34,091 bases of DNA. It comes from Alphaproteobacteria bacterium. GTDB taxonomy: Bacteria > Pseudomonadota > Alphaproteobacteria > RF32 > CAG-239. Where the stretch lies: the NCBI GenBank assembly GCA_017480995.1, contig JAFUQJ010000018.1:1-34091 (forward strand), read 5' to 3'. Positions 1 to 7,912 of the stretch are shown piece after piece. The notes under the pieces were generated by a model. It was not told the DNA's origin, ran no database searches, and saw only the letters and a program-made list of their open reading frames with translations. The translations under genes were made by a program, and so were the position numbers. Positions within the stretch are counted from its first letter, which is position 1, and each line of letters opens with the position of its first letter.

Positions 1-95
1 AGCCCCATATTTCGGCAATGATTCAGGCTTATGGTCAGAGTGCCAAAACATCTGTCAACCTTTATAAAGAGAAGGGGAATAAATTTGCACCCTGA
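1..95 (+). CDS. virB3: 3' end of probable VirB3 (partial, begins before window)
   Basis: Not in the ORF track. The frame from nt 3 reads PHISAMIQAYGQSAKTSVNLYKEKGNKFAP-stop (TGA 93-95). This resembles VirB3 C-termini ((D/E)P...N...G..(F/Y).P) and overlaps the virB4 start, the usual virB3-virB4 arrangement. Confidence 0.6.
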   Translation, partial: PHISAMIQAYGQSAKTSVNLYKEKGNKFAP

Positions 96-2514
96 TTTTG
101 ATTTTTTTAGCACTTTTGTGCAGGGATTGTCGAGCCTTGAAATCTTGGTTGCCGTTATCGGTTTCGTTTCGGCGGCGGCCTTTGCCGGCTTTTGGGTAAC
201 CAAACTGGGCTATTATATTTTGCCACAGCCGCGTGAATCCCGGGTGTCGGATTTTTTGCCGTTTGACAAACTTCTGTCCGACGGCATGACCATTCGCTGT
301 TATAACGGTTCGCTGGCGCGCGTCTTCAGGGTTGAAGGCATCGACCTTGCTTTCGTGACCGACGAAAAGGTGATGTCGATGCAGGAATCCCGCAAGGCCT
401 GGATTGACGGCATGTCGGATTTGCAGGTGACCTGCCGGGTTATCACGCTGCGCGAGCGGATTCCCATGGCGCAGGAAAAAGGCGAGTTTAATAATCCGCT
501 GCTGGAAACGATTTCCGAAACCTGGTCGGCCAATCTCGACCGCGTTTACAAAAACTCGCACTATATTGTTCTGACCGTTGCCGACCGCGAGGACAACCTC
601 AAGGATTTGAACTATGCGTCGCAGGCGCTGATTGCCACGCTGAACGAATACGGCGTTACCACGCTGTTTGAAGCCGAAGGCAGCGATGCCGCCGACAGCC
701 CGTTGTCGGTTTATGCGCGTATCTGCAGCCCGATTTCCAAACCGATGCCGAAGGTTAACGGCGCTCAGGGCGCCCACATGAATCAGCTTTTGACCGCCGA
801 TCACATCCATTTTACCGGCGAAAACGGCGTCATCAGGTTCTTTTCGGGAGACAAAGAACGTTATGAAGTCGTTATGGGGATTCGTTCTTCCGGCGACTAT
901 ATGGACGAAGGCATGGTCGCCTCATTGCTTGCCATCGACTGCGAACTGACGCTGCTGCATAACGTTCGTCCGATTTTCAAGCCGCATGCCCGTGCTCTCC
1001 TGATGCAGCAGCAGCGCATGGCAACCATGACCAGTTTTTCAAGCGATGTTATCGATCAGTACAGCGAAGTTCTGGCCTCGATTGAAGACAGCGACACCAA
1101 CCACCAGTCTTTGACCGAATATGCCATGGCGGTCATTCTGCAGGGTGAGAGCATGGAGGAAATCGATTTCGGCGAGAGCGAGGTTCAGCGTATCTGCCGT
1201 CTGTTCGGCGTTACGCCGGTGCGCGAGGGCTGGGTGACGCAGGCGACTTTCTTTAATCAGTTTCCGACCTATGATACGCTACCGCGGACATACCGCTATC
1301 TGTCCCGCGTGGTGGCAACGGCCATTTCGTTCGAAAAACCGTCCGAAGGTTTCGGCAAGAGCGACTGGGGCAAAGGCGCAATCAGCATTTTCCGCACCAC
1401 TTCCGGTTCGGCTTATCAGTTCCAGTTTCACGTTTCGCCGGAAGATTCCGCGGTGGCCCACTGCTGCATTATCGGTCCGACCGGTCAAGGTAAAACCACT
1501 TTGCTGACGTTTCTGGCCGGTCAGGCAATGCGCCATCCCGACTTAAAGGTCTTCTTCTTCGACCGTCACCGCGGTGCCGAGATTTTCACCCGCGCCATCG
1601 GCGGCGCCTATGTCGGTTTTGAAGGCGATGAGAAAAACGTGTCGCTCAATCCGTTCGACTGTGACAACAATGTCAACAACCGCGCTTTTCTGCGCCGCTG
1701 GATGCGCGCGATTACGCTGGTCGACGACGCCGTTTCCGAAAAGGAAATCGCCCGTGCCGTAACCACCGCGTTTGACTATCTGCGTCCGGAAGAACGCCGC
1801 ATGACCAATCTCTACAAAAGCTGTTTTTCGCCGACCGGCAATATGCGCCGCGAATTGTTCAAATGGGTTAACCCCGATCAGTACGGCAATATTTTCAACG
1901 CCGATACCGATAGTCTGGACTTAAAGTCCAAGCGCTTTATGGCCTTTGACTTTACGCATATTTTCGAAGACGAGACGCTGGCGCCGGCCGTCATCAGCTA
2001 TATTATGCACCGTATTCAGTCCGAAACCGGCGAGACCGGCGTGCCGTCGCTGATTATGATTGACGAAACCGCGCCGATGCTCAAGCATCCGATGTTCCGC
2101 GACTACTTTGCCATCGGTCTGCAAGAGGGACGTAAAAAACGCCAGGCTTATCTTTGCGCGTTCCAACAGCCCAACATTATCGATAAGCTCGGTGTCGGCG
2201 AGGTCATCCGCGGCCAGTGCCAGACCGTTATCTTTTTCCGCAACCCGCAGGCGATGCCGGAAGACTATGTCAACTGGAACCTGACCAATGCCGAGACTGA
2301 TTTTATCTTCGGCAAAAGCTATCGCGATTTTCCGTATGCCATTTTGCTCTCAAGGCCGGCTACCGGTGAATCTGTCATTCTCGACGTCGATTTGAGCGGT
2401 CTGGGGCCCTATCTGCGGCTCTACAATTCCGGCCGCAAAAACGTCCTTTTGGTTGAGGAACTGATTAAGGAATACGGCGAAGAAAACTTTGTTACAAAAT
2501 ATTTAAATATTTAG
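85..2514 (+). CDS. virB4: VirB4 family T4SS ATPase
   Basis: Walker A GPTGQGKT, FFFDRHRG, LNPF, Walker B LIMIDE and EGRKK motifs; ~810 aa. TTG at 85 (RBS AGGGGA 73-78) is preferred to ATG at 31, which lies deep in virB3. Confidence 0.95.
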   Translation: MHPDFDFFSTFVQGLSSLEILVAVIGFVSAAAFAGFWVTKLGYYILPQPRESRVSDFLPFDKLLSDGMTIRCYNGSLARVFRVEGIDLAFVTDEKVMSMQESRKAWIDGMSDLQVTCRVITLRERIPMAQEKGEFNNPLLETISETWSANLDRVYKNSHYIVLTVADREDNLKDLNYASQALIATLNEYGVTTLFEAEGSDAADSPLSVYARICSPISKPMPKVNGAQGAHMNQLLTADHIHFTGENGVIRFFSGDKERYEVVMGIRSSGDYMDEGMVASLLAIDCELTLLHNVRPIFKPHARALLMQQQRMATMTSFSSDVIDQYSEVLASIEDSDTNHQSLTEYAMAVILQGESMEEIDFGESEVQRICRLFGVTPVREGWVTQATFFNQFPTYDTLPRTYRYLSRVVATAISFEKPSEGFGKSDWGKGAISIFRTTSGSAYQFQFHVSPEDSAVAHCCIIGPTGQGKTTLLTFLAGQAMRHPDLKVFFFDRHRGAEIFTRAIGGAYVGFEGDEKNVSLNPFDCDNNVNNRAFLRRWMRAITLVDDAVSEKEIARAVTTAFDYLRPEERRMTNLYKSCFSPTGNMRRELFKWVNPDQYGNIFNADTDSLDLKSKRFMAFDFTHIFEDETLAPAVISYIMHRIQSETGETGVPSLIMIDETAPMLKHPMFRDYFAIGLQEGRKKRQAYLCAFQQPNIIDKLGVGEVIRGQCQTVIFFRNPQAMPEDYVNWNLTNAETDFIFGKSYRDFPYAILLSRPATGESVILDVDLSGLGPYLRLYNSGRKNVLLVEELIKEYGEENFVTKYLNI

Positions 2515-2532
2515 GCAAAGGCTCCGAAACCG

Positions 2533-2561
2533 TTTATTTGCATACGAATCTGTGCTATGAT
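2533..2561 (+). promoter_or_regulatory. Putative sigma70 extended -10 promoter for the exported-protein cluster
   Basis: TGcTATGAT at 2553-2561, with weak -35 TTTATT (2533-2538) at 17-nt spacing, in an AT-rich gap. RBS AGGAGG at 2588-2593. Confidence 0.4.
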
Positions 2562-2599
2562 AAAAGAATATAAGGCACTAATACAACAGGAGGTCTGTG

Positions 2600-3208
2600 A
2601 TGAATAAAAAGCCGGAAATGAAGTTGGGTTTCGCTTTATTGATTATAGCCTCTTTGTTCTGCGGATCCGTCCATGCGCAGATTCCTGTTACCGACAGCCA
2701 GAATACCAAGAGCACGATTAAAAACTGGTTCACCAACCTGAAAGAAAGCAAGGTCGTCGTCAGCACCATGAATACGGCCAAAAAGACCAGCGCCGCCATC
2801 GGTACCGCCAAAAAGGCCGTTTCCGAATATGTTCTGGAAAACAAAAAGAAAATCGAAGAAAAAATGGCCAAGGTGAAGGAATATAAGGAAAAGGTCGAAA
2901 AATACAAAAAAGATTACGAAGAATACAAAAAGCAGCTTGACGAAGGCATTGCCAAGGCCAAGGAGCTGAAACAGCAGGCCGAAGAAGGCATTCAGACCGC
3001 CAAAGACACCGCTGCCGCCGCCAAGGGAATTGCGGCTGCCGCCAAAGACACCGTCAACAGCAAAATCGGTTCGGTAAGCGACAAGCTCGGAATCGAAAGC
3101 GGAAACTCAGGCAGTGCCTCGGCCGTCGCGCCGGCTGCCGAAACGGAAGCGCCGTCTGTTGAACAAGCGTCGCCCGCCGTTCGCAATACTGCCGTTTCCG
3201 CGGTGTAG
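2600..3208 (+). CDS. Exported VirB5/TrbJ-like coiled-coil protein, N-terminal part of an interrupted gene (2600-4312)
   Basis: Signal peptide ending SVHA followed by QIPVTD, a typical VirB5-type mature N-terminus. K/E-rich coiled coil. Ends at TAG 3206-3208, after which the frame stays open. Confidence 0.75.
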   Translation: MNKKPEMKLGFALLIIASLFCGSVHAQIPVTDSQNTKSTIKNWFTNLKESKVVVSTMNTAKKTSAAIGTAKKAVSEYVLENKKKIEEKMAKVKEYKEKVEKYKKDYEEYKKQLDEGIAKAKELKQQAEEGIQTAKDTAAAAKGIAAAAKDTVNSKIGSVSDKLGIESGNSGSASAVAPAAETEAPSVEQASPAVRNTAVSAV

Positions 3209-3319
3209 TCAAAACCGGCCGTTGCTTCTGCCGCGGCGGTTTCGACCACGCGCCGGCCGTTTACCGGTGCAGGCGCCGGCTCTTCCGCCGGTTCCGTTGT
3301 TTCGGCCGGACAGTCCGTC

Positions 3320-4312
3320 GTGTCGTCGGGCAGCGGTTTGTCCGCTCAGATTCAGCCCGTTGCGGTTGCCGCGCAGCCGCAGGCCGCCGCTGCCGTTATG
3401 ACGGATGCGGTTGCAGCTCAGGCTGTTCCCGCTGCCGCGGTTCTAAACGGCGCCGAAGTTTCCTCTGCCGTCAGTATGGCGAAACCGGCGGTTGTTGCCG
3501 CGCCTGAAGCCGCGGCAGCCGTCCGGGAGACGTCCGTTCAGCTCAAAGACGCCGCGTCTGTCGGCGCGCTGCCTGCTGCCGACGCTCAGGTCAAGGCCCT
3601 AAAAGCGGCGGAACTTCCGCAGGCCGAACTGACAAAATCCGCTGCGGTGCCTGCCGCCGTCCGCAAACTTGAAACGTCCGATTCCGCGGCCGTGCCGGCA
3701 GCGTCTGTCCGGGATGCGCAAAAAGCAGTTCCGCTTAATTCCGAAAAAACGCAGAGAAAAAGCCTGCGCCGCACCTTTACAACCTCGTCTCTGGAGGGAG
3801 CAGCGCGCATAAACGCGGCTGTTCCTGTCGCTTTTGCTTATGCGCTGGAACTTCCCGATGATTGCAGCGACGTCAATAATACCCGTTTGTTTCCGCGCGC
3901 GACCTGCATGTATTGCGGCCTCAGTTCCGCCAAAGTCAAAGAAAGCGGCGCGGTTGACGAATGTTTGCAGAGCATAAACCTTGAAAGCTCCAAGGCTCAG
4001 GCGTATTCCGGCCGCGACGCGCCCCGGACATATCGCAAGGGTAAACTGGAAATTGCCGCCGTCATGATTGCCGAAAGCTACCGGGCTGCCAACAAGGCGG
4101 AGACTTTTTATGACAACAAGGTCGCGCCGATTGCCGAAGCGCCCGAGGGCGTGGAGCAGGACGCGCTGTCCAATCTGGTGGAATTCAACAAAGTCGTAGA
4201 CGAGCAGCTGAATGACCTGCTGCAGTTGTACAGCTCCCGTCTGGCTTTGCAGAGTTATCTGAATTACGGAAAGTATCGGTTCAAGCCGGAGGATGCGGAA
4301 GATGAGGAATAA
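3320..4312 (+). CDS. C-terminal part of the interrupted gene: Ala/Pro/Val-rich linker plus Cys-containing helical domain
   Basis: Same frame as 2600-3208 with no stop between 3209 and 4309, and no convincing own RBS or signal peptide. The C-terminal domain is similar to the 4302-4898 product. Confidence 0.7.
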   Translation: MSSGSGLSAQIQPVAVAAQPQAAAAVMTDAVAAQAVPAAAVLNGAEVSSAVSMAKPAVVAAPEAAAAVRETSVQLKDAASVGALPAADAQVKALKAAELPQAELTKSAAVPAAVRKLETSDSAAVPAASVRDAQKAVPLNSEKTQRKSLRRTFTTSSLEGAARINAAVPVAFAYALELPDDCSDVNNTRLFPRATCMYCGLSSAKVKESGAVDECLQSINLESSKAQAYSGRDAPRTYRKGKLEIAAVMIAESYRAANKAETFYDNKVAPIAEAPEGVEQDALSNLVEFNKVVDEQLNDLLQLYSSRLALQSYLNYGKYRFKPEDAEDEE

Positions 4313-4898
4313 GATTGCCATAGCCGCTGTTTTATTCGGCATCTTTTTGAGCCCTGCCGGAACGGCGCGGGCCGGAGTGGATGACGGCACCGGTTCGGAC
4401 GGCGTCGTCGTTATCTGCAGCCGGACGTTGGCAATGCGCTGCGGCTTGGGTTCCGAAGACGGCGGCAACGCCGACAAGATTAAAGAATGCTTTGACAAGA
4501 TTGCTTCCGATACCTATGGCAGCCAGCTGTATAAACAAAGCGTTACCGAAACGCGGGACAAGGTACTGCACGAGTGCAGCAGAGTTTATTACGAACAGGC
4601 CATAAAATACAAAGCCGATGCCGGCGACTTTGTCGACAAAGGCGACGAAAACGGCAATTCTGAACTCAAAACCGACAAGCACGGCAAAAAAGAGCAGGAA
4701 GGCAAAGTAACGGCAAGTAATGCCAAAAACATCGTAAAACTTTTGGACGTCTATTCTTCAAGCGTCATGCTCGATTCGCTGGAAACGATGTTTGACAATA
4801 TTTCCCAGCGCGAAATCTCCGAGGAAATGAAAAACGACGGCGAGGAGAAACAGGAAGAAACTGCCGCCGCACCGGCCGGAGGAGAAAGCAATGGATAA
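4302..4898 (+). CDS. Exported hypothetical protein, Cys-containing helical domain (VirB5-like candidate)
   Basis: RBS GGAGGA before ATG 4302; signal peptide ending TARA; CGL...EC and LLDVYSS motifs shared with the upstream gene; overlaps both neighbours. Confidence 0.8.
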   Translation: MRNKIAIAAVLFGIFLSPAGTARAGVDDGTGSDGVVVICSRTLAMRCGLGSEDGGNADKIKECFDKIASDTYGSQLYKQSVTETRDKVLHECSRVYYEQAIKYKADAGDFVDKGDENGNSELKTDKHGKKEQEGKVTASNAKNIVKLLDVYSSSVMLDSLETMFDNISQREISEEMKNDGEEKQEETAAAPAGGESNG

Positions 4899-6030
4899 AC
4901 GCGCCGTTTTATTTGTGTCGCTTTTTTTCAGTCTCGCTTGGGGCGCCCGTAATGCCGCGGCGATTACGGACTATGCGATTAACCTGATTGACAAGGGAAC
5001 CGAATATGTCGAGCAGGTCGGGCAGGTACAGGAAGACGTCGCTTCCCAGATGAGTGAATATATGAACGTCAAAGTCGGTATTCCGGGCGATGCCAAGGCC
5101 GTGCAGAAAGCGGCGGAAAAAGCCCAGCGCATAAAGGAAAAAGCCGAAAAGTATCAGGCTAAGGCTGAAAAAATGCAGAAAAAAATGGAAAAAGCCAAAG
5201 AAAAAGCCGCTGCCGTCAAGGCCGAAAAAGACAAACTGCAGGCCAAAGCCGACAAAATCAAAGCCGAATACCAGAAGGCTCAGGACAAAGTAAACAAGGC
5301 CAAAGCCAAAATAGCCGAAGCCAAGGCCAAGGCGGAAGAAATTAAGTCCAAAGTTGACGATGCCAAAGCTCAGATAGACGAGGTCAAGTCCGGCATCAAC
5401 GACATCAAGGAAGGAGCCGCCGCGATTAAAGGCGCTGCGGAGGCCAAGCTGGACGAAGCCAAAGAAAAAATATCCGGTTCGGACGACGGCGCCTCTGCCG
5501 AAGAGGAATATGCGGCGGATGCGGCCGCCGACGAAACGGAGCCGGCTGACGAAAATGCCGGAGAAGCCGATACTGCCGACGCAGCCGCGGAGCCGAGCTC
5601 CGGAGCTGCCGCAACCCCCGTTTCTGTCAAGGCCGATACCCTGTCTGCCCTGAACGGCATGATGCGGGAAAATGCCGTCCGGACGGAAGTCGGCGCCGCG
5701 ATTGCCCTGCCGGAGGATTTGAACGCTGCTGCGGCTCTGACACCGCAGGAAGTCTTGAGCCGGGCCGAAGAGATTAAAGTCGACACCCCGGAAAAAGCGG
5801 AGCTGAGCAGCCCGTATGATTTGCAGGAACAGTTGAAGATGATGGACGAGGCCAAGGCCAAAGAATTGTCGGAACAACGGCCGAAATACATCAGTCAGGA
5901 AGAACTTGAAGGATTGCTCAAAGCCGGGGACGAGGCCAAACTGGAAGCCCTGCGCGCCGGCCGTCAGCCCGTGCGCAAAGGTTTCGAACAAAAAACGGAC
6001 AGTCTGAAAGGAGAGACGAATGTTAAATAA
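4891..6030 (+). CDS. Exported coiled-coil protein with acidic linker
   Basis: Signal peptide (..RNAAA-ITD), long K/A/E heptad region, D/E/A-rich linker, coupled overlaps with both neighbours. Confidence 0.8.
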   Translation: MDKRAVLFVSLFFSLAWGARNAAAITDYAINLIDKGTEYVEQVGQVQEDVASQMSEYMNVKVGIPGDAKAVQKAAEKAQRIKEKAEKYQAKAEKMQKKMEKAKEKAAAVKAEKDKLQAKADKIKAEYQKAQDKVNKAKAKIAEAKAKAEEIKSKVDDAKAQIDEVKSGINDIKEGAAAIKGAAEAKLDEAKEKISGSDDGASAEEEYAADAAADETEPADENAGEADTADAAAEPSSGAAATPVSVKADTLSALNGMMRENAVRTEVGAAIALPEDLNAAAALTPQEVLSRAEEIKVDTPEKAELSSPYDLQEQLKMMDEAKAKELSEQRPKYISQEELEGLLKAGDEAKLEALRAGRQPVRKGFEQKTDSLKGETNVK

Positions 6031-6547
6031 AACGAGTATAATTTGTCTTGCCTTTACGTTTTTGTTCCGGATTGAAGCCGCGCGGGCTTTTGACATCGCG
6101 GGCTGTCTCGACAGCTATGCCAAAGAACACAATATCGAATATGATCTGAACAAGCCCGATACCATGATTCAGCCTATTGTCTACTGCCACACGGTAACCG
6201 GCAGCGGGGCCGAAAGCGCCGCCGAGGCCGCCGACACTGTCAATGCGATTATTAACGGATACGCCGTCGAGCTCTATGGCGAAGCGATAGCCGTGCGTGC
6301 GCAAATGGGTGAAGACGCCAAATCGGGCTCTGCCAAACAGCTGGCCAAAAAGGCGCTGAGCTCTTTTATGTCCAAGGACAAAAAATCGGTAATTCAGGAT
6401 AAAGTCACCCCCAATTACAAGGATATTGCCAAGAACATCAGCAAGATTATGGAGCTGGAAGCCCGGATTGCCAATCTGGAGGCCGCGCGCATAATTTCTC
6501 AGGAAAAAGACGGCGCCGAGCTTTTTGAGAAGGAGGACAAAGAATGA
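6020..6547 (+). CDS. Exported hypothetical helical protein (VirB5-like candidate)
   Basis: RBS AGGAG; signal peptide ending AARA; Cys pair; C-terminal amphipathic helix ISKIMELEARIANLEA; ATGA overlap with the next gene. Confidence 0.8.
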   Translation: MLNKTSIICLAFTFLFRIEAARAFDIAGCLDSYAKEHNIEYDLNKPDTMIQPIVYCHTVTGSGAESAAEAADTVNAIINGYAVELYGEAIAVRAQMGEDAKSGSAKQLAKKALSSFMSKDKKSVIQDKVTPNYKDIAKNISKIMELEARIANLEAARIISQEKDGAELFEKEDKE

Positions 6548-7902
6548 AAAAACTGCTGAGCCTTTTTGTTGTCCTTCTGATGCTTGGCGTCGTGCCGTCC
6601 GTCACGCCCGATGTCCGGGCGCAGGCAACAATGGATCCGGTCAAGGAACCGAGCAAGGTGAGCCTGTGGTTCGGCAAGATGAAATCCAAGTGCGAAAAAG
6701 CCATGGAGTGGGTTGCCAATTCGCAGGTCGGTCAGTTTGTCGGCGACGGCATCAAATATGCCAAGCAGGGCATTGCCTTTGCCAAAGAGCAGTACGAGGC
6801 GGCCATGGACTTGTATAACAAGACCAAGGATGCCGTCCTCAACAGTAAGGAATACAAGGCGGCAATGGTTTCCAAAGAAATCGCGCAGGAAACCATGAAG
6901 ATGAAGAAGACGCAGGAGGAGAAAAAGCAAAAACTCGAAGAGATTGAGCAGCAGCAGGAATTGCTCAAACAGCAGGCGCAGGCCAAAATTGCCAATATTC
7001 AATCCAATCTGAACCTCAATGAGAAACGCATGACCGAAGATGCCGAAAAAAGCGGCAGCGTCAGCAGCGAAACGCAGTCTTTTATGAGCGAACAGGAAAA
7101 GGCGCTCGAAGAAATCGAGGCCGAGCTGGAAGATCAGCTCGACAGCCTGAAGTCGTCGGCGGAAACGATTGAGAGCGAGTATAACGACAAACTGGAAACG
7201 CAAGCCGAAAAAGTTGCCGACCTCGGCGTCAAACTGAACGATATCCTCAAAGACGGAGACAACAAGAAAGAAACCCGCTCGGCCAAAGAGATCATACAGG
7301 AACAGCAGGACAAACTGTTTTTGAAAGCCAAAGAAAAGGCTGATCTGGCAACCGAAAAGAAAAAGAAGAAGAACCGCTCCAAAGCGCTGAACGACAGTCT
7401 GGACGGCGGCATGCAGGTTGTCATGGGCGACGTCAAGCTCAAAGAGAGCTCTTCTAACGACAAGGTCGAAGCCAAACAGGGCGTTGCCGGCACTATGACC
7501 GGAGAATCCGAGGTTTCCGGCGTCAACACCGAGGTTCTCGGCGAGCAGATGAATTTTATTATGAATTATATTCGCCTGAATCTGGCCATGATAAAAAGCC
7601 AGGCGATTGCCGAGCTGAATGGCCTGCACGAATTGAAAACGTCGGCCGCGGACAATAAGTTTGACATCTGCCAGTATACCGATCCCGAAAATCGCAAAAG
7701 CGCGCTCGAAATGGCCAAGAGCAAAGCGCAGAAACTGCAAAACAATCTGAATAAGGCAAAAGACAAGTTTGAAGCCGCCAAAGACAAGGTCGAGGAAATC
7801 AGCAGCACGGCCAAAGAGGCCGCCGCCGTTGCCGGCGAGCTCGGCAGCGTGACGCAAGGTCTGGGAGACAGCCTCAAAAACGGTGCGGCGGGGATGTTCT
7901 AG
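6544..7902 (+). CDS. Exported coiled-coil protein (VirB5/TrbJ-like candidate)
   Basis: RBS GGAGG; signal peptide ending VRA-QATMDP; long E/K/Q coiled coils. Confidence 0.85.
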   Translation: MKKLLSLFVVLLMLGVVPSVTPDVRAQATMDPVKEPSKVSLWFGKMKSKCEKAMEWVANSQVGQFVGDGIKYAKQGIAFAKEQYEAAMDLYNKTKDAVLNSKEYKAAMVSKEIAQETMKMKKTQEEKKQKLEEIEQQQELLKQQAQAKIANIQSNLNLNEKRMTEDAEKSGSVSSETQSFMSEQEKALEEIEAELEDQLDSLKSSAETIESEYNDKLETQAEKVADLGVKLNDILKDGDNKKETRSAKEIIQEQQDKLFLKAKEKADLATEKKKKKNRSKALNDSLDGGMQVVMGDVKLKESSSNDKVEAKQGVAGTMTGESEVSGVNTEVLGEQMNFIMNYIRLNLAMIKSQAIAELNGLHELKTSAADNKFDICQYTDPENRKSALEMAKSKAQKLQNNLNKAKDKFEAAKDKVEEISSTAKEAAAVAGELGSVTQGLGDSLKNGAAGMF

Positions 7903-7912
7903 GGGGAAATCT

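Noticed and set aside
31-84. ORF-track start of virB4 at 31 (likewise 7883, 15308, 26829 and 30607)
   Set aside because: Downstream starts have better RBS or signal-peptide context and avoid long overlaps with neighbouring genes or promoters.
4891-7902. SMC, TolA or tape-measure identity for the K/A/E-rich proteins
   Set aside because: The similarity is compositional only. They have signal peptides, no ATPase motifs and no phage context.
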